Positions 50,174-59,679 of a stretch of DNA of 64,000 nt are shown here, piece after piece. The notes beneath the pieces are model-generated. The model worked only from the letters and a program-made list of their open reading frames with translations, ran no database searches and was not told the DNA's origin. Within the stretch, counting starts at the first letter, position 1; every line of letters begins with the position of its first letter. A program made the position numbers and the translations under genes. Origin of the DNA: Ostreococcus lucimarinus (Eukaryota); the NCBI GenBank assembly GCA_000092065.1, contig CP000590.1. One strand, given 5' to 3'.

Positions 50174-51162
50174 CCGCGCGCGTCACCGTTCGATTCGTCA
50201 CCGTTCAAAATCTCATTTCTTGTTCTACAACGCTATCGTCGCGTCGCGCCGTCGCCGCGACCCGCGGCTCGCGTCCGCGCTCACTTCTTCCCCAGTTCCA
50301 CCTCGAGCCCGTTATACGGAAACGTCTTCGGCGCAAACGGCGTCGTCGACGGTTTATCCACCATCGTCGCTAATCCGTACACGCCGCCCAAGAACGCGAA
50401 CGCGCTCGCCAGGTACGTCGCCGCCCGCGCCTTCGTCACGATGCGCGCCGGCACGTCGTCCAGCGCCGGCTCCGGGTGCGCGTCTCCCGCGTCCCACGTC
50501 AACTCCGCCTCCTCGGGTATCTATCTCGCGTCATCGCGCCCCCGTCGTCGTCGTCGTCAGTCTTCGCGCGTCGCCTTCGTCGGTCGCCTTCGTCTTCGTC
50601 GTAGGGCTCCGCGATCGCCCCCGTCCGTCCCGCGTCTCCCCTCGCTCGCGCGTCGTCGTCGTCGCGCGTCGCGTCGCGCCGTCTCGCCCCCGTCGTCGTC
50701 GCGCGTCGTCGTCGCGCGCGCGTCGCGTCTCGTCGCCCTCGCGCACCTCCCGCACCGGCGCGCGCGTCGGTTCGATCGCCGGTCCCACGCCCGCGCGAGC
50801 GCGCGCGCTCGTCGCGACGCCGCGCGTCTTCGCGCCCGCGCGCGCGAGCCGCGTCGCGAGCTCGATCGCGCGTCCGCGCGGCATGCGTCGTCGCGCGTCG
50901 TCGTGTGGCGTCGAGACGACCGACGCCGCGGATTCGCGCGACGCGACACGTCGACGCTCGACGCGACGCGACGCGACGCGACGCGCGACGCGGGACGCGC
51001 GTCGATCGCGCGCGAGGCGACGTCGGACGCGCGCGTCGAGCGCCGCGCGCGTCGCGATCGAGCGCGCGCGCGCGGCTCGCGAGATTCGAACGCGCGAGAT
51101 TCGATCGCGTCGGTTCGGCACCGCGCGACGCGCGCGGCGACGCGCGACGAGCGGCGCGGCGA

Positions 51163-51186
51163 GGGACGTCGGGACGTCGGGACGTC
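51163..51186. promoter_or_regulatory. (GGGACGTC)x3 tandem C-box-like (GACGTC, ACGT core) elements 15-38 bp upstream of the VPS4 ATG
   Basis: gagggacgtcgggacgtcgggacgtcgacgg read directly. ACGT-core motifs are bZIP-type sites in plants; any function here is speculative. Confidence 0.3.
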
Positions 51187-51200
51187 GACGGAGGCGAACG

Positions 51201-52529
51201 ATGGAGGGCGGCGCGTCGATACGCGATAAGGCGATCGCGTTCGTGCGAGAGGCGGTGAGGGAGGACCAGGCTGGGGCGTACGAGGCGGCGTTTAAGTTGT
51301 ACTTGGTCGCGCTGGAGCACTTTGGGGTGTATTTAAAGTACGAAAAGAACCCGCGGATGGCGGAGACGGTGCGAGGGAAGTATAAGGAGTATTTGGTGCG
51401 AGCGGAGGAGCTGCAGAAGATCGTGCAGGGGCGGAAGAACGCGAAGGAGGTGAGCGGGACGGGGGCGAGCGGGGCGCAGAGAGAGAAGAGCGGCGACGCG
51501 GACGGGGACGCGGAGTTGGCGAAGATGAAGGGCCAACTCGGTGGAGCGATCGTGACGGAAAAACCGAACGTGAAGTGGGATGACGTCGCGGGGTTGCAAC
51601 TCGCGAAGGAGGCGCTCAAGGAGGCGGTGGTGTTGCCGGTGAAGTTTCCGCAGTTTTTCACCGGGAAGCGCAAGGCGTGGAGCGGGTTCTTGTTGTACGG
51701 ACCCCCGGGGACGGGGAAGAGCTATCTCGCCAAAGCCGTGGCCACGGAAGCGGATTCGACGTTCTTCTCCATCTCGTCGAGCGATTTGGTGAGTAAATGG
51801 ATGGGGGAGAGCGAAAAGTTGGTTTCCCAACTGTTCAGTTTGGCGCGCGAGCAGGCGCCGTCCATCATCTTCATAGACGAGATCGACGCTTTGTGTGGCG
51901 CGAGAGGGGAAAACGGCGAGTCTGAAGCGTCTAGACGCATCAAGACGGAGATTCTAGTTCAAATGCAAGGCGTCGGTAACTCGTCTGGAAAGGTGTTAGT
52001 GCTCGCGGCGACGAACACGCCGTACGCGCTGGATCAAGCCGTGCGACGTCGGTTCGACAAGAGAATCTACATCCCACTTCCAGACGAAGCCGCGCGCGCG
52101 CATATTTTTCGCGTGCACGTCGGGGAAACCCCAAACGATCTCACGGATGAGGATTACCACGCCCTCGGCGCCGCCACGGAGGGCTTCAGCGGTTCCGACA
52201 TCGACCACGTCGTCAAGGATGTCCTGTACGAACCCGTGCGCAAGGTCCAAGAGGCGACACACTTCATCACCGTCCAGAATCCACCCAACGCCCCCTCCGA
52301 GGACGCCCCCGAGACTGAGTACTACATTCCATGCTCTCCCGGCGCCGCCGGCGCGTGGCCGTCTTCGCTCGAGGAGCTCGCTCGACTCGGCTACGCCGCT
52401 CGCGTCCTCCCGCCCCCGATCACCGCAAACGATTTCCGCAAGGTGCTCTTACGCGCGCGACCCACCGTCGCCGCCGCAGATCTCGAGCTTCACGAAAAGT
52501 TCACCCGTGAATTCGGCGAGGAGGGCTAG
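51201..52529 (+). CDS. VPS4: Vacuolar protein sorting 4 (VPS4/SKD1) AAA-ATPase. The track ORF from 50220 carries a 327-codon Arg/Ser-rich shadow extension.
   Basis: MIT domain (FVREAVREDQAGAYEAAFKLYLVALEHFGVYLKYEK); AAA Walker A GPPGTGKS, Walker B IIFIDEIDAL; C-terminal helix. Confidence 0.9.
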   Translation: MEGGASIRDKAIAFVREAVREDQAGAYEAAFKLYLVALEHFGVYLKYEKNPRMAETVRGKYKEYLVRAEELQKIVQGRKNAKEVSGTGASGAQREKSGDADGDAELAKMKGQLGGAIVTEKPNVKWDDVAGLQLAKEALKEAVVLPVKFPQFFTGKRKAWSGFLLYGPPGTGKSYLAKAVATEADSTFFSISSSDLVSKWMGESEKLVSQLFSLAREQAPSIIFIDEIDALCGARGENGESEASRRIKTEILVQMQGVGNSSGKVLVLAATNTPYALDQAVRRRFDKRIYIPLPDEAARAHIFRVHVGETPNDLTDEDYHALGAATEGFSGSDIDHVVKDVLYEPVRKVQEATHFITVQNPPNAPSEDAPETEYYIPCSPGAAGAWPSSLEELARLGYAARVLPPPITANDFRKVLLRARPTVAAADLELHEKFTREFGEEG

Positions 52530-52667
52530 TTCCTCTCCTTCGCTCGCTTGTTGTAACAAAACATCCATCCGTCGCGACGCGTCGTTCGCCTCCCAAATTT
52601 GAAAATTTCGACAGCTCGCGCCCATCGATCGAACGTTCCGCCGCACACTCGCGCGCGCCCGCGCGCG

Positions 52668-55175
52668 ATGGCGCCGAGCAACAAACAACAGACACTAGCC
52701 GGGTTCTTCGGCCTGCCCAACGTCCCGAAAGTCGTCGACGAGGCGTCGCCGGGGAAGTCGAGCGATGAGAATGAGATTCAAACTCAAACGAAATCGCCGA
52801 TGAAGAGCGACGCCGCGTCGCCGATGGCGAAGAAACAGCGCGTCGACGACGCGACTGCGGTGGCGAACGCCGTCGCGGATGATGCGGTGCGAGCGAAGGC
52901 GGGAGATGGCGGCGCGGTGGAGGCGACGAAGGAGGCGGAGGCGCGAGCGGCGCGCGAGGACGACGGCGAGGACGACGACGCGATTGAAATGGATGAGGAT
53001 GAGGATGAGGATGAGGATGAAGACGAGATGGCGAACGTGGGAGAGCGACGACGAAAACGGGCGGGCGGCGGTGGTCGGGCGTTGCCGGATGATTACGAAG
53101 AAGAGTCGGAAGAGGAGTCGGGCGAGGAGGAGGAGGACGACATCGAAGACGTTGAAATCGGATCGCCGAAGACTGGGAAGATGCCCAAGGCGAAGGCGAA
53201 GGCGAAGACCAAGGCGAAGAAGGAAGAACCGGCCACGGCTGGGCTCGGAGACAAGTCCGTGGAGGCGGCGGAGCGGTATTTGGAGTATGATCCGGTGTCG
53301 AAGGTGACGTGGAAGCTCGGCGACGCGACGCCGTATTTGTATCTCGCGAATATTTTCGAGTCCATCGCGGAAACGACGAAAAGATTGGAGATCGCGGAGC
53401 TGCTGACAAATGCTTTCCGGACGATTTTAGCGAGTAAACCGACTGATCTCTTGGCGGCGGTGTACTTGGCGTCGAACACCATTCATCCGCAGCACGAAGG
53501 TATCGACCTCGGCATCGGGGATGCGACGCTCATCAAGGCGCTCGCTGAGGCCACGGGGCGGAAAGACGAATCGATTAAGAATGACTATAAGGAAGCTGGC
53601 GATCTTGGAAGCGTGGCCATGGCGAGTCGTTCGACGCAGCGCATGATGTTCCCGCCGCCACCGTTGACGGTGACGGGCGTGCTCAAGGAGTTTAGAGCCA
53701 TCGCCACGACCGATGGCGAAAAGAGCGTCGATCGCAAGAAAGGTATGATCAAGAAGCTCCTCGTCTCCGCGCGCGAGTGCGAGGCGGGTTACGTCATTCG
53801 CTCGCTCCAAGGTAAACTACGAATCGGCCTCGCTCAACAGACGGTGACGCAAAGTCTCGCGCACGCCATCGTCTTGCACGGCGACGCCGGAAAGAAGAAG
53901 AAGGGCGCCGAGCTCGCCGATGCCTTGGGTGCAGCATTCGACGTGCTCAAGCAAGTATTTAGCGAATGTCCGACTTTTGATCAAATCGTCCCGGCGCTAC
54001 TTGAGGTTGGTATCGAAGGCTTGCAAGAGCGTTGCAAATTCACCCCGGGTGTCCCCGTCAAGCCGATGTTAGCCAAGCCTACGACTGGGGTGTCTGAAGT
54101 GTTGAAGCGCTTCGAAGACATCGCGTTTACGTGTGAATACAAGTACGATGGAGAGCGCGCGCAGATTCACCTCCAAGAAAATGGCAAGGTGTCCATCTTC
54201 TCCCGCAACCAAGAGGACAACACGGCCAAGTTTCCCGATCTCATAAACGGTCTCAAGCGATACATCAAGCCTCATGTGAAGTCTGTCGTCATCGACTGCG
54301 AAGCCGTTGCATACGATAGAGAACAAAACAAGATCTTGCCGTTCCAGATTTTGAGCACGCGAGGAAAGAAAAACATCGTTGAATCGGAGATCAAAGTCAA
54401 AGTCGCTCTCTACGCGTTTGACTGCCTGTACCTCAACGGCGAACCGCTGTTGCGCGAGCCGATGCACAAGCGCCGCGAAGCACTTTACAGCGCATTCCAA
54501 GAAGTTCCCGGCGAATTCTTCTTCGTCACCGAGAAGACATCTCGCGATATCGATGAACTGCAAGGATTTTTGGACGAATCTATCGCAGAGAACACCGAAG
54601 GTTTGATTGTCAAGACGCTCGACGCGACGTACGAACCGTCCAAGCGCTCCCTCAACTGGCTTAAGCTCAAGAAGGATTACATGGAAGGCTGCGGTGACTC
54701 ATTAGATTTAGTTCCAATCGGCGCTTGGCTCGGACGCGGTAAGCGTACGGGCGTTTATGGCGCGTACTTACTCGCCTGTTTCGACGAAGACGGCGAAGAG
54801 TACCAATCCATCTGTAAAATAGGCACCGGCTTCAGCGAAGTCATCCTCGAGGAATTGGCCAACGCCATGAACCCACACGTCATAGACGGTCCGCGTTCGT
54901 ACTACAAGGTATCCGACGCCATGAAACCCGACGTGTGGTTCGAACCGAAGCAAGTGTGGGAAGTCAAAGCCGCCGACTTGTCAATCTCTCCGGTTCACCA
55001 AGCCGCGTGTGGATTGGTCGATCCGCAAAAGGGCATCGCGCTGCGCTTTCCTCGCTTCTTACGTCGCCGCGACGACAAAGAGCCCGAGATGGCGACCAAC
55101 TCCGAGCAAGTCGCCGAGTTTTACAACGCCCAGGCCAACAAGCAAGAGTTTAACGCCAACGGAGATGACGATTAA
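52668..55175 (+). CDS. LIG1: ATP-dependent DNA ligase I with an N-terminal PIP box
   Basis: QTLAGFFG PIP box at residues 8-15; active-site CEYKYDGERAQIH; DNA-binding, adenylation and OB domains throughout. Confidence 0.9.
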   Translation: MAPSNKQQTLAGFFGLPNVPKVVDEASPGKSSDENEIQTQTKSPMKSDAASPMAKKQRVDDATAVANAVADDAVRAKAGDGGAVEATKEAEARAAREDDGEDDDAIEMDEDEDEDEDEDEMANVGERRRKRAGGGGRALPDDYEEESEEESGEEEEDDIEDVEIGSPKTGKMPKAKAKAKTKAKKEEPATAGLGDKSVEAAERYLEYDPVSKVTWKLGDATPYLYLANIFESIAETTKRLEIAELLTNAFRTILASKPTDLLAAVYLASNTIHPQHEGIDLGIGDATLIKALAEATGRKDESIKNDYKEAGDLGSVAMASRSTQRMMFPPPPLTVTGVLKEFRAIATTDGEKSVDRKKGMIKKLLVSARECEAGYVIRSLQGKLRIGLAQQTVTQSLAHAIVLHGDAGKKKKGAELADALGAAFDVLKQVFSECPTFDQIVPALLEVGIEGLQERCKFTPGVPVKPMLAKPTTGVSEVLKRFEDIAFTCEYKYDGERAQIHLQENGKVSIFSRNQEDNTAKFPDLINGLKRYIKPHVKSVVIDCEAVAYDREQNKILPFQILSTRGKKNIVESEIKVKVALYAFDCLYLNGEPLLREPMHKRREALYSAFQEVPGEFFFVTEKTSRDIDELQGFLDESIAENTEGLIVKTLDATYEPSKRSLNWLKLKKDYMEGCGDSLDLVPIGAWLGRGKRTGVYGAYLLACFDEDGEEYQSICKIGTGFSEVILEELANAMNPHVIDGPRSYYKVSDAMKPDVWFEPKQVWEVKAADLSISPVHQAACGLVDPQKGIALRFPRFLRRRDDKEPEMATNSEQVAEFYNAQANKQEFNANGDDD

Positions 55176-55277
55176 TAGAACGCGCGCCGCGAACGTTGTC
55201 AACGCAAAAACCAACCGTTCCTCAGATGCCGCCGCGCCGCGCCCGCGCGCTCGCGCGCCGCGTCGTTCGCACCGCCC

Positions 55278-57134
55278 ATGGCGAACAACGCCGTCACTAA
55301 CTTCCACGCGAACAGCCGTCTGCACTTCATAGGCTCATGGCGCGCGCGTTACGATGTGTTTCTCGACGCCAAGCTCGCCCAAAAGCAGCACGATTCCGCG
55401 ACGAATCGCACGCGCGACGTCGCGTCGACGTCGCGCGCGACGCCGCGCACGATTTTTCACGTCGACATGGACTGTTTCTTCGCGAGCGTCGCGATGCGCG
55501 CGCGACCGGAGCTGTCGACGGAGACGCCGCTGGCGGTGTCGTGGGGGACGAGCGCGAGCAAAAGAGGCGAAGTGTCGAGCGCGAATTACGCGGCGCGCGC
55601 GTTCGGCGTGAAAGCCGGCATGTGGCTCGACGAGGCGCTGCGACTGTGTCCAGAATTAGTGCTCGCGCCGTATGATTTCGCAGAGTACGAAAAAGTGGCG
55701 CTGGAGGTGTATGAAATTTTGTTTGAAGCGTCGCGAGGAGAGTGCGTCGGGATTTCGTGCGACGAAGCTTTCATCGACGTCACGAGTCGATGCGAGTCCG
55801 AGGACGCCGTGGCCGTGGCGGAGCAGATTCGCAGGGATGTTTACGCGAAGACGAAGTGCGCGTGCTCGATAGGGATCGGGTCTAATATGTTGTTAGCGAG
55901 GTTGGCGACGCGAAGAGCTAAGCCAGATGGCGCGTTTCGAGTCGAGCCGAAGGATGAGCGCGAATTCATCGCGAAGACGCGATTGGCGGATTTACCGGGA
56001 TTCGGACGACACGCGGGTGAGAAGTTGCAAAAGTCCACCAAAATTCGCGTCACGGATACGTGTGAAACGCTCCTGAAAGTTCCAGTGGCGACGCTGAAGA
56101 GCGCACTAGGCGCACAGAAAACCGAAAAACTCCTCGAAGCGGCGCGAGGCATCGACAAGACGCCGTGGTGCGTGCGACCACAGCGCAAGAGCATCGGCGC
56201 GCAAATGTCTTGGGGCGTCCGGTGTGCATCAAATGAAGTAGCGATGGACTACGTTAAACAACTCGTGAGAGAGGTAGCGTACCGCATGCAACGCTTGAAA
56301 ATTCGCGGTCGCGCGCTCAACTTAAAGCTTTGGCGGGCTATTCCAGACGTGAACACGATGCGAGATTATCAAGGTCACGGCGCATGCGATGTGCTGACGC
56401 GCACAAAAGCGATGCGGGAGTTGAGTAACGACACCGAACTTATCATCAGCGAGGCTCTAACGATATTGCGAGAGTTGAACGTCGAAGCGACGTCGATACG
56501 CGGGTTAGGTGTTTCGATTACAAAGTTGGAACACGGCGCGGAGACGGCGACGTCTCCGGGCGCAAAACAACCAACTCTTTCGCAAATGTTTGCCAAACGC
56601 ACAGCGGAGAAAGCAACACACGAGGAAGAAACATGTGTACTTGCGGCGAGCGATGAAGAGTTGGCGGAGACGGAGTCTGAGGGCGACGACGACGTCGCGG
56701 ACACGCAGTCGCAGCTGACGCAAAACGATTGCGACTTTACGTTGTTCAACTCGCAGGCGGAAATAGATAGCGACAGGGAAAGATCGATACGCGACGCATT
56801 CGAAGCCGCAGCGCGGGCGTATGCATGGCAAAGATTCGAGCTCGGACGCTTAAAACTTAGCAAGCGAAGACGCGACACGTTGAGCGAGGACGAGTACGCG
56901 AGACGCGCTTGCGCTCGAGCTGCCGATGTCATCGCGACGCAAGCGCGGAGATCATACGCTCAGGATGGTGAAACCGGTCTGAACGCCTTACTCAACGACG
57001 CTCGAGCGCTGTGTCGATCGCAAGAGCTATTACACGAAACGTACTCATCACAGGGCGCCGCGTTCATCGCCGCCTGGCTCGATCGAGTCGACTCTGTGGG
57101 CAAAACAATCGTCATCGGGTCTAGCAGTCTTTAG
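55278..57134 (+). CDS. REV1: Y-family DNA polymerase REV1 (deoxycytidyl transferase) lacking an N-terminal BRCT domain
   Basis: N-digit SRLHFIGSW; IFHVDMDCFFASV; SCDEAFIDVT; SIGIGSNMLLARLATRRAKPDG (REV1-specific, compare SVGIGSNILLARMATRKAKPDGQ). Acidic region and helical C-terminus. Only 102 bp separate it from the LIG1 stop. Confidence 0.75.
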   Translation: MANNAVTNFHANSRLHFIGSWRARYDVFLDAKLAQKQHDSATNRTRDVASTSRATPRTIFHVDMDCFFASVAMRARPELSTETPLAVSWGTSASKRGEVSSANYAARAFGVKAGMWLDEALRLCPELVLAPYDFAEYEKVALEVYEILFEASRGECVGISCDEAFIDVTSRCESEDAVAVAEQIRRDVYAKTKCACSIGIGSNMLLARLATRRAKPDGAFRVEPKDEREFIAKTRLADLPGFGRHAGEKLQKSTKIRVTDTCETLLKVPVATLKSALGAQKTEKLLEAARGIDKTPWCVRPQRKSIGAQMSWGVRCASNEVAMDYVKQLVREVAYRMQRLKIRGRALNLKLWRAIPDVNTMRDYQGHGACDVLTRTKAMRELSNDTELIISEALTILRELNVEATSIRGLGVSITKLEHGAETATSPGAKQPTLSQMFAKRTAEKATHEEETCVLAASDEELAETESEGDDDVADTQSQLTQNDCDFTLFNSQAEIDSDRERSIRDAFEAAARAYAWQRFELGRLKLSKRRRDTLSEDEYARRACARAADVIATQARRSYAQDGETGLNALLNDARALCRSQELLHETYSSQGAAFIAAWLDRVDSVGKTIVIGSSSL

Positions 57135-57166
57135 TTCAAATTAAGTAAATGCGCTAACATTCCTGA

Positions 57167-57955
57167 CTAACAATCCATCTCTACGACCTTTGGCTTGGAC
57201 GCACAACACACGAACATCGAGACCCGAACGGATTTCTTCTCCATCGCCGGCTCGCCGTCCAAATCCTCCGCGTACGCGTCGTCCCGCAGCGCCGTTTCCG
57301 TAGCGGTGTGAAACGAAGCCCCCCCGAGCGTCGACCCGCTCCCAGATCGCTTCACCGACGACCTATTCGTCACCGGGAACGCCTGCGTCTTCACCGGCGC
57401 GATCTCTCCCGACGCCACCTTGGCCTTATACTCGATCCACTCGCGCGTGATTTCCGGCAGCAACTCGTACGCCTTTCGAATCCCGTCCACGACGATGTTT
57501 TCAATAATCCCTCCGATCCCTCGCAGCGCCACCTGACACTCACCCTCCACCTCCACCACGCACGCGCGCGCTCCCATCTCCCTCACCGTGATCGTTCCCC
57601 TCACCACCGAGTGTTTCGTGATGTTATTCACCGTCGTGAACGCCTGCGCGAACGGCGTCGTCTTCTCCGCCCCGTTCAAATACTTCCTCGTGTCCACGAA
57701 CTCCACCTTCCCGTTCGGCACCACGCGCGCCACCAACCGCGGCAGTTTTATCCCCGGCACCGTCCGTATCACGATCGTCCGCTCGTTCGTCTCCCGCTCT
57801 AAATCATCGCGCACTATCTCCAACTCTCGCGTCCCCACGCGCTGCATGTGAAAGCTTCGATACGCATCCGTGTCCTTGTCGTCGATGAACTCGCGCGCGC
57901 TCACGCACAGTTCGCTCGTGAATTTAAACTTCTTGCACTTTTTCTTCTCCCGCAT
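57167..57955 (-). CDS. Hypothetical protein (possible lipid-binding beta-rich fold). The track ORF to 58558 is low-complexity shadow of the WEE1 N-terminus.
   Basis: MREKKKCKKFKFTSELCVSAREFIDDKDTDAYRSFHMQRVG...RTIVIRTVPGIKLP...; no confident family assignment. Confidence 0.35.
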   Translation of the reverse strand: MREKKKCKKFKFTSELCVSAREFIDDKDTDAYRSFHMQRVGTRELEIVRDDLERETNERTIVIRTVPGIKLPRLVARVVPNGKVEFVDTRKYLNGAEKTTPFAQAFTTVNNITKHSVVRGTITVREMGARACVVEVEGECQVALRGIGGIIENIVVDGIRKAYELLPEITREWIEYKAKVASGEIAPVKTQAFPVTNRSSVKRSGSGSTLGGASFHTATETALRDDAYAEDLDGEPAMEKKSVRVSMFVCCASKPKVVEMDC

Positions 57956-58061
57956 CGCGCGCGATCCGCGCGCGCGCGGGAATCGCGTCGAGAAGTCGCG
58001 ATCGGGACGCTTCGAGTCAACGCGTTTCAAACTGCGTCGCCTCACATCGCGGCGCGTCGCG

Positions 58062-59543
58062 ATGCAGACGCCGCGAACGCGCGCGCGCGGGCGCGAGACG
58101 ATCGATACGAACACGCCGGACGGGTCGATCGCGCGCGGGGGCGCGCGCGGCGCGAGTAAGGGCGCGCAGACGTCGCCGTTGTCGGTGCTGCTGCTGCCGT
58201 TGAGCCCGGCGAGCGCGTCGCCGGCGAGCGCGCGCGGGATCGGCGCGAGCGGCGAAGGGACGAATCCGGCGCACGTCGTCGGGGCATTCGCGCGGGAGGA
58301 CGAGGACGGCGAGCCGCGGACGCCGCGGGGAGAGGATGCGGACTTTGGACCGTTCGCGAACGAAAACGACGGCGCGGCGCGATGGGCGCCGACGTCGAAG
58401 AGCGTCGAGGTCGAGCGACGGCGCGCGAAGACGCGAAGCGTAGATTTGGATTTTGATTTTAGGAGCGATGGACGCGATGGGGACGCGGGTGAACCGATGT
58501 TTCGGGTGTTCGGGAGGGATATCGGGAAACCGCCGCGGGGCGGCGGCGGATTGTTCAACTCGTTCGGCTCGCAGAGAGAGGGATCGGGGAGCGAAGGGAT
58601 GAACGATCTATCGTCGTCGTGGGGATCGAGGAATGAACGCGAATTCGGGTCGTCGCTGTCGCGGATGAACTCGTTGGCGGAGACGAAGGTGTTGACGTCG
58701 ACGCTGTTGGTGCGCCAGACGAGTGTTTCGAGCGACGCGGTGTTTGAATTTGACGAGCATTTTCAGTACGAGCAGCAAATTGGCAGCTCGCAAAACTCTG
58801 AGGTATGGTTGGTCACGAGTAAGACGAGCGGGCGCGCGTTCGTGGTGAAGAAGTGCTTGCACGCCTTCACGACTGACGCGCAACGGGCCAAGTTGCGGCG
58901 AGAAGTCGAGGCGGCGGCGTTGCTCCCAGAACATCCAAACATAGTGAGGTACTTCAGAAGTTGGCAAAAAGAGCAACTCTTTTACATACAAATGGAGCAC
59001 TGCGCGTGTGGGTCGCTTTCGAGCGTGCTTGCGCGCTTGCCCCAGGGAAATTTGATCGCCGAGTTGGACGTCTGGCGTCTCGCCGCGCAAGTCGCGAGCG
59101 GCTTGGCGTTCATGCATGCGCACAAGATTATCCATCTAGACATCAAGCCGGACAACATTTACATCGATGTTCATGGTACGTGTAAGATTGGCGACCTCGG
59201 TTTGGCGTACGTGCAAGACGCGGGATGGGATTGGGAAGAAGGCGATGGAGGTTACGTCGCGCCAGAATTGCTCAATATGCTTGGAAGCGACGCGCCGGCG
59301 CCAAGCGCCGACGTCTTCTCTTTAGGTGTCACGTTGTACGAAGCCGCCAGCGGATTGCGATTCCCGAGAGGTGCGACGCCGCGCGCGTCCCTCCCGCCGC
59401 TCCCGGAAGGGAGATCGGCCGAGCTTGCTCGCCTTGTCGACGGTTGTCTGGCGACGGATCCAGACCAGCGCGCGACGGCGCAAGACGTCGCGACGTTTGC
59501 GCAAGAAACAGTCGCGCTGCTTGAACAAAACGCGGCTCGATGA
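58062..59543 (+). CDS. WEE1: WEE1-family protein kinase (track ORF from 57870)
   Basis: Kinase core QIGSSQNSEVWLVTSKTSGRAFVVKK...HKIIHLDIKPDNIYIDVHGTCKIGDLGLA...GDGGYVAPELL with a long Ser-rich regulatory N-terminus. TGTAA at 59559. Confidence 0.8.
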   Translation: MQTPRTRARGRETIDTNTPDGSIARGGARGASKGAQTSPLSVLLLPLSPASASPASARGIGASGEGTNPAHVVGAFAREDEDGEPRTPRGEDADFGPFANENDGAARWAPTSKSVEVERRRAKTRSVDLDFDFRSDGRDGDAGEPMFRVFGRDIGKPPRGGGGLFNSFGSQREGSGSEGMNDLSSSWGSRNEREFGSSLSRMNSLAETKVLTSTLLVRQTSVSSDAVFEFDEHFQYEQQIGSSQNSEVWLVTSKTSGRAFVVKKCLHAFTTDAQRAKLRREVEAAALLPEHPNIVRYFRSWQKEQLFYIQMEHCACGSLSSVLARLPQGNLIAELDVWRLAAQVASGLAFMHAHKIIHLDIKPDNIYIDVHGTCKIGDLGLAYVQDAGWDWEEGDGGYVAPELLNMLGSDAPAPSADVFSLGVTLYEAASGLRFPRGATPRASLPPLPEGRSAELARLVDGCLATDPDQRATAQDVATFAQETVALLEQNAAR

Positions 59544-59679
59544 CTTGTACGATATCATTGTAACTAGCTTGTGTGTTATAAAAATCACTTGACTTTATCA
59601 AGATGTGGTGCTACAACGCGGCGCGATGCCGCGTGACGCTCGACGTATACCATTCATGTGTTCATTCGCGACAGCTGGT

